Part shown: one piece after another, positions 10,137 to 20,239 of the stretch | Numbering within the stretch: position 1 is the first letter of the stretch | Layout of the letters: every line of letters begins with the position of its first letter | IMG/VR virus record: IMGVR_UViG_3300033121_001133 | Span: 73,380-137,379 of that record | Source of the DNA: a virus | Taxonomy: Duplodnaviria; Caudoviricetes | Length of the DNA: 64,000 bases | Strand: one strand, 5' to 3' | The notes under the pieces: model-generated | What the model saw: only the letters and a program-made list of their open reading frames with translations | Databases searched by the model: none | Told to the model about the DNA's origin: nothing | Program-made: the position numbers and the translations under genes

Positions 10137-10904
10137 ATGCCAATTGATCTAAATGCGTTAAAAGCAAAGTTACAGCAGATGCAACAATCCAGCCAGGGTG
10201 GATCCAAAAGTAGCGATTTCATCTGGAAACCTCCCGTAGGGAAGTCACAGGTCAGGATTGTTCCCTATGCATTTGATAAGTCTAATCCGTTCATCGAGCT
10301 TCATTTCCACTATGAGATTGGAAAGAGAACGATGCTGTCTCCAATCTCCTTCGGTAAGCCAGATCCAATTGTGGAGTTCGCTGAGAAGTTGAAGCGTACT
10401 GGGGATAAGGACGACTGGAAGATGGGTAAGAAGATCGAACCTAAGTTCCGAGTGTATGTTCCTGTGATTGTACGAGGACAGGAAAACGAGGGAGTTAAGT
10501 TTTGGTCATTTGGTAAGCAGATCTACACCGAACTGCTGAGCGTTATTGCTGATCCTGATTATGGTGATATCAGTGATCTGATGTCAGGCCGTGACATCAC
10601 CATCGAGCACGTTGCTCCAGAAAAGGAAGGAGCCTATCCCACCTTTACTGTAAGGGTTAAGCCAAACACGACTCCCGCTACAACCGACGAGGCTGTGGCT
10701 AAGATGATCACAGACGATCAGAAGGATGTTAGGACCTTGTTCACCGAATACTCTTATGATGAGCTAAAAGAAGCTCTGACTAAGTGGCTTGAGCCTGGAG
10801 CTAGCGATCCTACTCCAACTGCAGGAGGAGTTGCATCAGCACCAACGGTGTCTAAGACAAGCGACGTCACTGGAGCTTTCGAGCAGCTGTTCAACAAACA
10901 GTAA
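10137..10904 (+). CDS. Single-stranded DNA-binding protein (T4 gp32-like)
   Basis: WKP...VRIVP...PFIELHFHY...GVKFWSFGK.IY..GRDITIE; tail ending FEQLF; lies next to recA. Confidence 0.8.
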   Translation: MPIDLNALKAKLQQMQQSSQGGSKSSDFIWKPPVGKSQVRIVPYAFDKSNPFIELHFHYEIGKRTMLSPISFGKPDPIVEFAEKLKRTGDKDDWKMGKKIEPKFRVYVPVIVRGQENEGVKFWSFGKQIYTELLSVIADPDYGDISDLMSGRDITIEHVAPEKEGAYPTFTVRVKPNTTPATTDEAVAKMITDDQKDVRTLFTEYSYDELKEALTKWLEPGASDPTPTAGGVASAPTVSKTSDVTGAFEQLFNKQ

Positions 10905-10907
10905 GCA

Positions 10908-12050
10908 ATGGGTAAGAAAGGAGCGACTATTCCCGAAGAGATTTCGGGAAGGGACGAGCTGGCTGCAGCTCTTGCCGAGAACCTGAACAAACAGTTTAAG
11001 GACTTCAAGGCAGCTCACTTTCTGGACGGTACAGAGGACACCCCTTCCGATTTATCGGATTGGGTGTCCTCCGGTTCCAGTAAGTTGGATCTAGCCATAT
11101 CAAACAGACCAAACGGAGGATTCCCGGTAGGCAGGATTGTGGAATTGCAGGGGATGGAGGCCTCAGGTAAGAGTTTGATCATGGCTCACGCTCTAGCCAA
11201 CACCCAGAAGAAGGGTGGGCTTGCGGTTTACATTGACACGGAGAATGCGCTAAGTGATGAGTTTCTGACTGCAATTGGCGTTGATCTGAAGAACATGCTC
11301 TATCTTCCTCTGGAAACGGTTGAGGATATTTTCGAGAGCATCGAAAACATCATTGAGACCGTGCGGAAGAGTTCTCGCGATCGGCTAGTTACAATCGTAG
11401 TGGATTCCATTTCCGGAGCTTCAACTAAGATTGAGCAGGAAGCTGACTATGATAAGGATGGTTGGGCAACGTCCAAAGCCATCTTGATGTCTAAGGCGAT
11501 GCGAAAGATCACTAGCACGATTGGTAAACAGCGAGTGCTTCTACTATTTGCCTCTCAGCTGCGTGAGAAGATGGGGGTTATGTTTGGAGACAAATACACG
11601 ACCTCCGGCGGAAAGGCTCTTGGATTCCACGCTAGTGTTCGGGTTAGGCTGAAGAGTCTTGGTAAGATCAAGTCTGGTAAGGGTGCTACTGAGCAAGTAA
11701 TTGGATCTCAAACAGAGGCGTCGATTATCAAGAATAGGTGTGGACCGCCCTTCCGTAAGGCTGTGTTTAACATCTACTTCAATTCGGGCATTGATGATGC
11801 ATCTAGTTGGCTAGAAACTCTCGTTGACTATGGTATAATCAAACAGTCAGGATCGTACTACACACTAATCAATGAGGACACAGCTGAAGAGATTCGCTTT
11901 CAATCTAAAGACTGGGTGGAGATCCTCCAGCAGCAGCACAACAAAGACTTCTGCTATAAGAAGCTGTGCGATATCTACGTGATGAAGTATAGATCCCAGG
12001 ATATGGTAGATAGGGATCAGCTGACTATAGAGGAAGACAGCGAATACTAA
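10908..12050 (+). CDS. recA: RecA/UvsX recombinase
   Basis: GGFPVGRIVELQGMEASGKS Walker A, YIDTENA, VVDS, SQLREKMGVMFG..TTSGGKALGFHASVR. Confidence 0.95.
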   Translation: MGKKGATIPEEISGRDELAAALAENLNKQFKDFKAAHFLDGTEDTPSDLSDWVSSGSSKLDLAISNRPNGGFPVGRIVELQGMEASGKSLIMAHALANTQKKGGLAVYIDTENALSDEFLTAIGVDLKNMLYLPLETVEDIFESIENIIETVRKSSRDRLVTIVVDSISGASTKIEQEADYDKDGWATSKAILMSKAMRKITSTIGKQRVLLLFASQLREKMGVMFGDKYTTSGGKALGFHASVRVRLKSLGKIKSGKGATEQVIGSQTEASIIKNRCGPPFRKAVFNIYFNSGIDDASSWLETLVDYGIIKQSGSYYTLINEDTAEEIRFQSKDWVEILQQQHNKDFCYKKLCDIYVMKYRSQDMVDRDQLTIEEDSEY

Positions 12051-12095
12051 CATTCTAGTAGGAATCTTACGTGAATTTTGCTATGCTGAAGCAGG

Positions 12096-13154
12096 ATGAA
12101 GAATTACCTTGACTTATTTAACCGGTTACAAGCCGGCGGACCACAACAAGACGAGCACCCTAATTCCAGGGTGCTCGTTGTTGATGGACTCAACACCTTC
12201 ATTAGATCGTATTCAGTTAGTCCGGTGACTAATACCAACGGAGAGCATGTGGGCGGCATAGCTGGATTCCTGCTTAGTGTTGGTCACGCAATCAAGACAA
12301 TCAATCCCACTAGGGTGGTAGTTGTGTTCGATGGTAAGGATGGATCAGCCAAGAGGAGGGCTTTATACTCTGAGTACAAGGCTCATCGCAAGCTCAAGGT
12401 TCGCTTGAATCGGTCAGACTCCGTAGATAAGGAGGATAATCAACTCAAGCAGCTGATGAGAGTGCTAGACTACCTCAGCGTGCTTCCCACCACCACCCTG
12501 ATTGTGGATAGATCGGAGGCCGATGATGTGATAGCTTATATTGCCAGGTCCTACTTTGAAGGTAAAGACAGTCAGGTATTTATTATGTCGTCAGATAAGG
12601 ACTTCATGCAGCTAGTTGATCAGAAGACGTTTGTGTGGAGTCCAACCAAGAAGAAGCTCTTCTTTGCTGAAGACGTGTATACGGAGTTCGGTGTGATCCC
12701 AGAAAACTTTGCCCTGTATAGAGCGTTAACTGGAGATGCAAGCGATAACATTCCCGGAGTTCGTGGATTGGGCGCCAAAACCTTACTCCAGAGGTTTCCG
12801 GTGATCGCAGAGCGACAGCCTATCCACATCGAGCAATTTTTCGACTACGTTACCGTCACATTAGACAGCAACCCCAAGTCCAAGTTACACTGTAAAGTGT
12901 TAGACTCTAAGGACGATGTAAGGACGTTCTATAAGATCACACAACTCTCTGAGAGTATGATCAGCGGGCAGCTTCGATTGGGGATCGTCGCAAGGCTGAA
13001 TGAGCCAATTCATAGACTGGCTAGAGTGTCTTTTCACACCATGCTAATTGAAGATGGTATGACGCAGGCACTGAAAAATGCAGACTTCTGGCTAACTGAC
13101 ATAGCACAGAAACTAGATCGATTTGCTTTAATGACCCATCAAGATAATACATAA
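12096..13154 (+). CDS. 5'-3' exonuclease / RNase H (flap endonuclease family)
   Basis: VDGLN, VFDG, R..LYSEYKAHR, EADD, SSDKDF.QL, GDASDNIPGVRGLG.KT motifs. Confidence 0.92.
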   Translation: MKNYLDLFNRLQAGGPQQDEHPNSRVLVVDGLNTFIRSYSVSPVTNTNGEHVGGIAGFLLSVGHAIKTINPTRVVVVFDGKDGSAKRRALYSEYKAHRKLKVRLNRSDSVDKEDNQLKQLMRVLDYLSVLPTTTLIVDRSEADDVIAYIARSYFEGKDSQVFIMSSDKDFMQLVDQKTFVWSPTKKKLFFAEDVYTEFGVIPENFALYRALTGDASDNIPGVRGLGAKTLLQRFPVIAERQPIHIEQFFDYVTVTLDSNPKSKLHCKVLDSKDDVRTFYKITQLSESMISGQLRLGIVARLNEPIHRLARVSFHTMLIEDGMTQALKNADFWLTDIAQKLDRFALMTHQDNT

Positions 13155-13155
13155 C

Positions 13156-14526
13156 ATGCAACAACAAGACACCCTCCAGCTTTATGGTACGGGGTTTCAG
13201 AATAAGGTTATTGTAGGCCTGCTTCGCAATAAGCAGTTTCTTCAGCAGATACAAGACGTATTAGATCCAAACTTCTTTTCCTCCGGAGGGTTGAAGTGGA
13301 TTGTTACAGTGATCATGGAACACTTTGCTAAGTACAAGGTGCCTCCAACAATGGACGTATTCCGGATTAAGTACAACGAGGTGGATCAGGAGGTGTTGAA
13401 GACGGTGATCATCGATGCGCTCAAGGACATCTACAAGCTGGAAGAGGTTGAGGATCTGGAGTACATTCAAGATGAGACTATAAGGTTTTGTAGGAATCAA
13501 AAGCTCAAGGCAGCTATCTTGGAGTCAGTAGATCTGCTGCAACAGGGCGAGTATGATAAGATCAAAATCACCATAGATGCAGCACTTAAAGCTGGATCAG
13601 ATAAGGCCATTGGGCATGAGTATACTGTAGATGTCGAGGCTCGATTCACTGAGAATCAGCGTAATTGTATCCCAACTCCGTGGGACGTTATCAACGAGAT
13701 TACGGGAGGAGGTTTGGGCGCAGGAGAGATGGCGGTGTTTGTAGCTCCTGCTGGTATTGGTAAGTCGATGGCACTGGTTAACGTTGCCGCCGATGCCGCC
13801 CGCCGAGGGTTGAACGTGATCTACTATACTCTAGAGCTGTCAGAAGCTTACGTTGGAGCTCGATTTGATTCCCACTTCACAGGAATTCCATCAGGCGATC
13901 TAAAATTCCATCAAGACGAGGTGAGAAAGGCAGTTGGCCAGCTTAAGGGAACTCTCACTATTAAGGGATATCCTACCAAGACTGCGACCGTTAACACTCT
14001 ATCTGCTCACATTGATAAATGCATAATGCGAGGAATCAAGCCAGATCTAGTGCTTGTGGATTATGCTGACCTTCTTCGAGATGTTGGAGGCCGTTCACGT
14101 GATGTGCGAAACGATATCATGCTAGGAAACATATACGAGGATCTGCGCGGACTAGCAGGATTGTATAACATTCCATTATACACAGCTTCTCAAGCAAACA
14201 GATCGGCTTTGGAACAGGATATTATTGAGGCTGATAAGATCGCTGAGGCTTATTCCAAGGTGATGGTGGCCGATGTGGTAATATCTCTCTCACGAAAGGT
14301 GTCGGATAAGATTAGTGGCACCGGTAGATGGCACGTAATTAAGAACCGATTTGGACCCGATGGATTAACCTTCCCAAGCAAGATGAATATGTCAGCAGCT
14401 AGCATTAGCATATTTGCAGAGACCTCTGTCCAAGGTAAAGAGGTCAAGGGCATGATGCAGAATAACGCCGAGGTGACTAGACAGGCGCTGGCTAATAAGT
14501 TTGCTGAATTAGGTGGTATGATTTGA
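13156..14526 (+). CDS. dnaB: Replicative DnaB-like helicase (gp41-like)
   Basis: APAGIGKS Walker A, YTLE, VDYADL, TASQANR, KNRFG motifs. Confidence 0.93.
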   Translation: MQQQDTLQLYGTGFQNKVIVGLLRNKQFLQQIQDVLDPNFFSSGGLKWIVTVIMEHFAKYKVPPTMDVFRIKYNEVDQEVLKTVIIDALKDIYKLEEVEDLEYIQDETIRFCRNQKLKAAILESVDLLQQGEYDKIKITIDAALKAGSDKAIGHEYTVDVEARFTENQRNCIPTPWDVINEITGGGLGAGEMAVFVAPAGIGKSMALVNVAADAARRGLNVIYYTLELSEAYVGARFDSHFTGIPSGDLKFHQDEVRKAVGQLKGTLTIKGYPTKTATVNTLSAHIDKCIMRGIKPDLVLVDYADLLRDVGGRSRDVRNDIMLGNIYEDLRGLAGLYNIPLYTASQANRSALEQDIIEADKIAEAYSKVMVADVVISLSRKVSDKISGTGRWHVIKNRFGPDGLTFPSKMNMSAASISIFAETSVQGKEVKGMMQNNAEVTRQALANKFAELGGMI

Positions 14527-14535
14527 TGCGTAGCC

Positions 14536-14543
14536 TATTTATA
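14536..14543 (+). promoter_or_regulatory. Putative promoter element TATTTATA
   Basis: Recurrent motif, 20 nt before the RNR start. Confidence 0.4.
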
Positions 14544-14563
14544 AACACAACAACCCTCTAGAA

Positions 14564-16420
14564 ATGGAATTATCCAGCCGAATTTTAAGCGATATCACTG
14601 TCTTTGCTAAGTATGCCCGCTACATTCCCGAGCTAAATAGGCGGGAGACGTGGGATGAGATTGTCTCTAGAAACATGGATATGCATATCAAGCGATATCC
14701 TCAGCTAGCTGATGAGATTAGGCAGGTTTACAGGTTTGTGTATGATAGGAAGGTTCTTCCTTCTATGAGGTCTATGCAATTTGCTGGTAAGCCAATTGAG
14801 ATTGCCCCTAGTAGGATTTTTAATTGTGCGTTTGCTCCAGTTGACCATATTAGGGCGTTTAGTGAAATCATGTTCCTACTATTGGGAGGAACAGGTGTAG
14901 GGTTTTCAGTACAAAAGCACCACATAGAAAATCTACCGGACATCCACAAGCCAACTCCAGGCAAGACTCGACGCTATCTAATCGGTGATAGTATTGAGGG
15001 CTGGGCTGATGCTGTTAAGGTGCTAATCAAGAGCTATTTCTCAGGTGGTCCTAAGATCAACTTCGACTTCTCGGACATTCGACCAAAAGGAGCTCGACTG
15101 ATCACCTCTGGAGGAAAGGCTCCTGGCCCTCAGCCTCTTAAGGAATGTTTAGTTAAGATCCAGGGTATTCTGGATACTAAGCAGGATGGGGATAAGTTAA
15201 AGTCAATTGAGGTGCATGATATCATCTGCCATATTGCTGATGCTGTATTAGCTGGGGGTATTCGTCGTGCCGCTTTGATCAGCCTATTCAGTGCCGATGA
15301 CGAGGAGATGATAGCGTGTAAGGCAGGAAATTGGTGGGAAACCAATCCTCAAAGGGGGCGAGCTAACAATTCAGCAGTACTCGTCAGACATAGGCTAACT
15401 AAGGGCTTTTTTATGAAGCTGTGGGAGCGAATTGAGCTGTCTGGTGCCGGGGAGCCTGGAATCTACCTAACCAACAATCAGCAATGGGGAACTAACCCCT
15501 GCGCGGAGATTGCTCTGAGGCCCTATCAATTCTGCAATCTATGTGAGGTCAATGTTAGTGATCTAATCTCTCAAGAGGACTTTGAGCAGCGAGTTAGAGC
15601 AGCAGCTTTTATTGGAACTTTGCAGGCAGGATATACCAATTTCCATTACCTGCGTGAGGTGTGGAAACACACTACAGAAAAGGATGCTCTAATCGGAGTG
15701 TCAATGACCGGTATTGGGTCTGGAGTGGTGCTGAATTACGATATGGAAGCGGCCGCTAAGGTCGTGGTGGAAGAGAACGCTCGCGTGGCTGATCTAATTG
15801 GTATCAATCGAGCAGCTAGAACTACTACAGTTAAGCCGGCCGGCACCACCTCCCTAACTTTAGGCACCTCCTCAGGAATCCACGCGTGGCACAACGATTA
15901 TTACGTTCGCAGGCTAAGACTGGGCAAGAATGAGGCAGTCTACACCTACTTGTCCATCTACCACCCTGAACTACTAGAAGATGACTTCTTCCGTCCGCAC
16001 GATACCGCAATCGCGTCAATTCCTCAAAAGGCTCCGGAAGGAGCGATTCTGAGATCGGAATCCCCTCTAGATCTCCTGGAACGAGTTAAAACTGTGTATG
16101 AGAAGTGGATCGTTCCAGGGCATGTCGACGGAAGCAATACTCACAACGTTTCAGCCACAATCAGCTTAAAGCCGGAGGATTGGGAGCCTGTAGGGCAGTG
16201 GATGTGGGAGAATCGGGATAAGTATAATGGTTTGTCGGTATTGCCGTACAGCGATTCGACCTATGTTCAGATGCCCTTTACCGACTGCACAAAGGAGGAG
16301 TACGAGAGGTTGAATGCTACTTTGAAAGAGGTAGATTTATCAAAGGTAGTTGAGATAGATGATAACACAGAGCTCAAGGAAAATCTAGCATGTGCTGGAT
16401 CGAGCTGCGAGATTAAATGA
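14564..16420 (+). CDS. nrdJ: Class II (adenosylcobalamin-dependent) ribonucleotide reductase, monomeric type
   Basis: FNCAF, GGTGVG, GGIRRAA, TNPCAEI thiyl cysteine, TVKPAGT, C-terminal CAGSSC; no small subunit gene nearby. Confidence 0.9.
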   Translation: MELSSRILSDITVFAKYARYIPELNRRETWDEIVSRNMDMHIKRYPQLADEIRQVYRFVYDRKVLPSMRSMQFAGKPIEIAPSRIFNCAFAPVDHIRAFSEIMFLLLGGTGVGFSVQKHHIENLPDIHKPTPGKTRRYLIGDSIEGWADAVKVLIKSYFSGGPKINFDFSDIRPKGARLITSGGKAPGPQPLKECLVKIQGILDTKQDGDKLKSIEVHDIICHIADAVLAGGIRRAALISLFSADDEEMIACKAGNWWETNPQRGRANNSAVLVRHRLTKGFFMKLWERIELSGAGEPGIYLTNNQQWGTNPCAEIALRPYQFCNLCEVNVSDLISQEDFEQRVRAAAFIGTLQAGYTNFHYLREVWKHTTEKDALIGVSMTGIGSGVVLNYDMEAAAKVVVEENARVADLIGINRAARTTTVKPAGTTSLTLGTSSGIHAWHNDYYVRRLRLGKNEAVYTYLSIYHPELLEDDFFRPHDTAIASIPQKAPEGAILRSESPLDLLERVKTVYEKWIVPGHVDGSNTHNVSATISLKPEDWEPVGQWMWENRDKYNGLSVLPYSDSTYVQMPFTDCTKEEYERLNATLKEVDLSKVVEIDDNTELKENLACAGSSCEIK

Positions 16421-16421
16421 T

Positions 16422-17264
16422 ATGGCTATGTTAGTACAAGGATCACAGGGAAGTAAGGTTATTAAGGTCCAGCAGAGGCTTGGCATACGAGCAGATGGGG
16501 ATTATGGTCCTCAAACTAAGGCTACGGTCAAGGCCTGGCAGAAAGCTAATGGGCTACCTCCCACAGGAGTGGTGGATTCAGATACCTGGAATAGGATGTT
16601 TGATAGTGTTGCGGACGTGGAGGTTACACCACAAGCAGCGCCTCCAACGCAGCCTGAGGCAGTCCCGCAGACTCGGACCTTTGACATTATTTTCAAGGAC
16701 CATCTTCCACCATCCGTAATTGCAGAGTTGTCTACTATTGTGAAGTTAGGAGGTGATACTAATCTCAAAATGGCACACTTCCTTGCTCAATGTGCACACG
16801 AGTCAGGAGACTTCAAGCTAGTTCAGGAGAATCTGAAATACTCGGCTGCTAGATTGCAGCAAATCTTCCCGAAGTACTTCCCTGGAGACCTTGAAGCTGA
16901 GTATGCTGGTAAGCCTGAGAAGATTGCTTCGCGGGTTTATGCTGATCGATTGGGTAATGGTAACGAGGCTTCGGGAGATGGGTGGAAGTACCGAGGTAGG
17001 GGCTATATTCAACTGACTGGCAAGTCAAACTACCAGGCATTCAGCGCGTTTATTGGAGAGGACTGTGTAGCTAATCCTGACTTAGTTGCAACTAAATACC
17101 CACTAGCATCGGCAGGATTCTTCTTTCAGAGGAACGACTTGTGGGATTTGTGTCTAGATAGATCAGACGCGACTGTTGAGAAAATCACACGAAAGGTTAA
17201 CGGAGGGACTCACGGTCTGGAGGATAGGATTGCGAAGTTCCGACACTTCAATTCCTTGCTATGA
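16422..17264 (+). CDS. Endolysin: peptidoglycan-binding domain plus GH19 glycoside hydrolase
   Basis: N-terminal PG-binding motif (VQQRLG..ADGDYGPQT..VKAWQKANGL..TG.VD); FLAQCAHES, YRGRGYIQLTGKSNY, VNGG.HGL.DR; start moved to the ATG at 16422. Confidence 0.9.
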   Translation: MAMLVQGSQGSKVIKVQQRLGIRADGDYGPQTKATVKAWQKANGLPPTGVVDSDTWNRMFDSVADVEVTPQAAPPTQPEAVPQTRTFDIIFKDHLPPSVIAELSTIVKLGGDTNLKMAHFLAQCAHESGDFKLVQENLKYSAARLQQIFPKYFPGDLEAEYAGKPEKIASRVYADRLGNGNEASGDGWKYRGRGYIQLTGKSNYQAFSAFIGEDCVANPDLVATKYPLASAGFFFQRNDLWDLCLDRSDATVEKITRKVNGGTHGLEDRIAKFRHFNSLL

Positions 17265-17686
17265 AAGTTCGATTCAAGTTGCTCAGGCCCGATGCGGTTC
17301 TTCCCCAGTATGCAAAGCCCGGTGATGCGGGAATGGATTTAGTGGCAGTTAGTATACCTACGAACACGACTTTTCAGATTACCTATGGGTTAGGACTTGC
17401 TTGTGAGATCCCTGAGGGATTTGTTGGATTGCTTTTTCCCAGATCCTCGATTAGGAATTATGAGCTGCAGTTAGCTAACTCTGTAGGAGTGATTGACTCC
17501 GGTTACCGGGGAGAGTTGCAGGTGACCTTCAATAAAACCAGTGGGTTAGGCTCTCTCTGTTACAACAGAGGAGATAAGGTGGCTCAGCTAATGATTCTAC
17601 CTTTCCCTTGCATAGAGGTGGTGGTTGCTGATCAGTTGAGTATTACTGAGCGTGGCGAAGGAGGATTTGGAAGCACTGGAAGGTGA
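17261..17686 (+). CDS. dut: Trimeric dUTPase
   Basis: All five motifs present: AGMDL, PRSS, GVIDSGYRGE, GDKVAQL, RGEGGFGSTG. Confidence 0.95.
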   Translation: MKVRFKLLRPDAVLPQYAKPGDAGMDLVAVSIPTNTTFQITYGLGLACEIPEGFVGLLFPRSSIRNYELQLANSVGVIDSGYRGELQVTFNKTSGLGSLCYNRGDKVAQLMILPFPCIEVVVADQLSITERGEGGFGSTGR

Positions 17687-17687
17687 C

Positions 17688-17695
17688 TACTTATT
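17688..17695 (+). promoter_or_regulatory. Putative late promoter element TACTTATT
   Basis: Recurrent motif, 3 nt before the ATG at 17699. Confidence 0.4.
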
Positions 17696-17698
17696 ACC

Positions 17699-19420
17699 AT
17701 GCGTACACTAGATCCAGAGACTATTGAGGACATCTTACTGGAGTGGAGTTATAGACTTCCCAATGGAATCCCCACCATTGGTGAGGGTGTGATAGGTACC
17801 TTTGAGGAGGTGGAGTTACTAAACCAGATTCTACAGGAGAGGGGTTTAGACCCGATTCCAAACAGCAATCCACCTCAACCAATCGAAGAGGCTGCAGTTT
17901 CACTTGGAAGTGATCCAACCGACACTAAGGAGGGCCTGGTATGCCTCTTAGTTGATGCAGGGCTGACAGATCCTCAGCTTTTTCAGAGCTATAGAGCTCT
18001 GCTAGACAAGAAGCTAGATCCAAAGACACGCGCTAAAGGAAGTAAGCAGCTAGTAGATAAGCTGAAGTGGACATATAAGCGATATGGTAGTCACTACAAG
18101 TCTCCCGGTCTAGTAAATGCGGCTAGCTGGATAGAGCACACTTTGAGGGATGTTTCTAAGAAGACTGTGGATCTAGTCACATTGAATAATGCAGTAGCCG
18201 CCGCCGATGCAATTTGCCTTCGATTTGGATCACTGGCGAAGCCAGGGCACGTACATAGAGATTCCCTGTTCGGGTCGATTCGAAAAAAAGCAGTCCAGCT
18301 GATTGACTCAAACTACCAAATCAAAGGCTACTTGCCTGACAACTGGTGTCCTGGAGATATCTACCTAATACTCAATCCAAGTGGGGTGGATGCATCACTG
18401 AAGGCTAGTTCACTAAATATAGGTGCTAAGTCTCTCAATGCTCAGTTTTACGGATCGGACAATAAGAAGGCTCCGATAGTCGCCCTATCCTTAAAGATGG
18501 AGAGTGCGCAGGGTGGAAAGGGGACTACCTTCCTAAAGACTGTGATAGTGCAGGGAGTCTCCAAAGAGGAGATGGTAGGGGGTGCAGCAGAAACCAAATC
18601 GTTAATCCTATTCCGCAACGTTAAGAGGCACCTAACCAAGTATTATCTGCAGTCTGATGCTTGGAGGAAGAGCGATCTGATACTAGATAAGGTGCGAAAG
18701 TCGTTGATTGCACTGAAGTTGCCAGATGCACCAACCAAACCTACGGAGATAGCGAAGCTTAAGGTATACCTCAAGAATAACAAGGATGCGATTACACAGG
18801 CAATTACAAAAATTGACCGTAAGCTGTCAGGGTCCCTAAACGTGGTCTCCACGTTTCAGCAGGCATACACCAACTTCATTAACAACCTAAAGTCGAAGAA
18901 CATCACTAAGATCAAGGGTAATGCTTTAGACTTCATCAAATCAATCGAGCAGGCTAACCGTCAGGCCAATGGTGGAAAGCTGAACTTGGTGCAGTATAAT
19001 GAGATGTTAGCACAAAAGGCTGCCACCTACAAGCTAGCGTCTTCCCTAATGGAGAAGTGGACCGATAAGACCAAGAAAGTCTCTCCTGCATTTGCAGAGC
19101 ACCTGAAGAAGGTTAAGAATCCCTTCGTAGCAATCACCTTATATGCTATTGCTCAGCACGGCCTTAATCCTAACTTCTTTAAGGTGGTGGGTAAGGATAG
19201 TGGTGCTACAGGTAGCTTGGATGAGTTCCCATCAAACTCTCAAGTTGATGAGACTATGTCCGCAGACTCCTTGGAGATTAAAGACTCTCCAAGTAGAGCT
19301 GGGTTCAACATTGAGTACATGCTGAATATCAACAGTCACGTCTACAAGACCACTTTATCTTTCCGATTTGCTAGCTCAACGATCCGCGTAGAGGTTAATC
19401 GATTGGAGCGTGTTGGTTGA
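17699..19420 (+). CDS. Large hypothetical protein, possible PD-(D/E)xK nuclease fold, candidate internal virion protein
   Basis: N-terminal ILLEWSYRL..G.P leader; internal WCPGDIYL...VALSLK motif. Confidence 0.4.
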   Translation: MRTLDPETIEDILLEWSYRLPNGIPTIGEGVIGTFEEVELLNQILQERGLDPIPNSNPPQPIEEAAVSLGSDPTDTKEGLVCLLVDAGLTDPQLFQSYRALLDKKLDPKTRAKGSKQLVDKLKWTYKRYGSHYKSPGLVNAASWIEHTLRDVSKKTVDLVTLNNAVAAADAICLRFGSLAKPGHVHRDSLFGSIRKKAVQLIDSNYQIKGYLPDNWCPGDIYLILNPSGVDASLKASSLNIGAKSLNAQFYGSDNKKAPIVALSLKMESAQGGKGTTFLKTVIVQGVSKEEMVGGAAETKSLILFRNVKRHLTKYYLQSDAWRKSDLILDKVRKSLIALKLPDAPTKPTEIAKLKVYLKNNKDAITQAITKIDRKLSGSLNVVSTFQQAYTNFINNLKSKNITKIKGNALDFIKSIEQANRQANGGKLNLVQYNEMLAQKAATYKLASSLMEKWTDKTKKVSPAFAEHLKKVKNPFVAITLYAIAQHGLNPNFFKVVGKDSGATGSLDEFPSNSQVDETMSADSLEIKDSPSRAGFNIEYMLNINSHVYKTTLSFRFASSTIRVEVNRLERVG

Positions 19421-19443
19421 TTGAAAGGAGATTGTTATATTAG
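19412..19443 (+). promoter_or_regulatory. Putative promoter (GTTG-N20-TATATTAG)
   Basis: Recurrent motif before the ATG at 19449. Confidence 0.6.
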
Positions 19444-19448
19444 GTGAA

Positions 19449-19739
19449 ATGTATTACCCCACAGTAGCCTTTGAAGGAGGAGTTTACCAGGTGCTTAGAG
19501 TATTCCGAGAGCACAAGGACTTCCCCACTCAGGATATGAGAGAGTACTTAGGAGTATGCGATAAGGTGCTGAGGTTACACGGCAAGTTATACTTCTGCCG
19601 CTCGATACCAGAGGTCGAATTTGAAGAGATTCAGCAAGATGAGCAAGTTCAATTGGTGGAGGAGGGGACACAAGGCCAGACCGAAGTTAACCCCAGCCCA
19701 GCTGAAGAAGGGCAGATCCAAGCTACTGCAGCAGATTGA
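19449..19739 (+). CDS. Hypothetical protein
   Basis: ATG 5 nt after the promoter motif; globular N-terminus (CDKVLR..GKLYFC) and acidic tail. Confidence 0.55.
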   Translation: MYYPTVAFEGGVYQVLRVFREHKDFPTQDMREYLGVCDKVLRLHGKLYFCRSIPEVEFEEIQQDEQVQLVEEGTQGQTEVNPSPAEEGQIQATAAD

Positions 19740-20076
19740 GCATGGGGACTTTGAGCTGAGTCCTTATCGCCAGCTAGCTGAGCGCGAGCTTGAAATTGCA
19801 GTGCAGCGGAAGGATCAGATAACAGCTGGATGGAAGGGAGGTCAGGATAGCTTAAAAGAAAAGCTGTCAGAGGTTGACTTTCTAACTCAGAAGAGGTATA
19901 ATAGATTGTATGAAGATTTTCACACCCAAGAGCAGCGAATGCTAGAGGAGCTTAGGCGTCGATTGATCTCCGAATTCAAGGTTGATATCTGGGATCAAGT
20001 CCTACAAGAGCGAGAAGATTTAAGTACAGTTGAGTTCTATCATAAATACAAGCAATATGCAACACAAGCAGCCTGA
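19639..20076 (+). CDS. Hypothetical protein
   Basis: Helical ORF; first ATG at 19639 (MSKFNWWRR). Confidence 0.55.
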   Translation: MSKFNWWRRGHKARPKLTPAQLKKGRSKLLQQIEHGDFELSPYRQLAERELEIAVQRKDQITAGWKGGQDSLKEKLSEVDFLTQKRYNRLYEDFHTQEQRMLEELRRRLISEFKVDIWDQVLQEREDLSTVEFYHKYKQYATQAA

Positions 20077-20221
20077 TCCAAAAGCCCACAAAGTGCTTAG
20101 TTTCGTCAAGTCCGGAATTCGTATTATTGGATGCGCCGTCCTCTCAACGGGAAACCTACCAGCTGCCGCCGGGGCATTCACTCTAGCAGAGGTTGTTGGG
20201 ATTGTGGAGGAATTGGTGTAA
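20057..20221 (+). CDS. Small membrane-associated hypothetical protein
   Basis: MQHKQPDPK.H..SFVKS.IRI...AEVVGIVEELV, hydrophobic. Confidence 0.55.
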   Translation: MQHKQPDPKAHKVLSFVKSGIRIIGCAVLSTGNLPAAAGAFTLAEVVGIVEELV

Positions 20222-20226
20222 GTTTA
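20195..20226 (+). promoter_or_regulatory. Putative promoter (GTTG-N20-TAAGTTTA) at the head of the deazaguanine cluster
   Basis: Recurrent motif with 20-nt spacing, before the ATG at 20240. Confidence 0.55.
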
Positions 20227-20239
20227 ATATAGTGCATTC

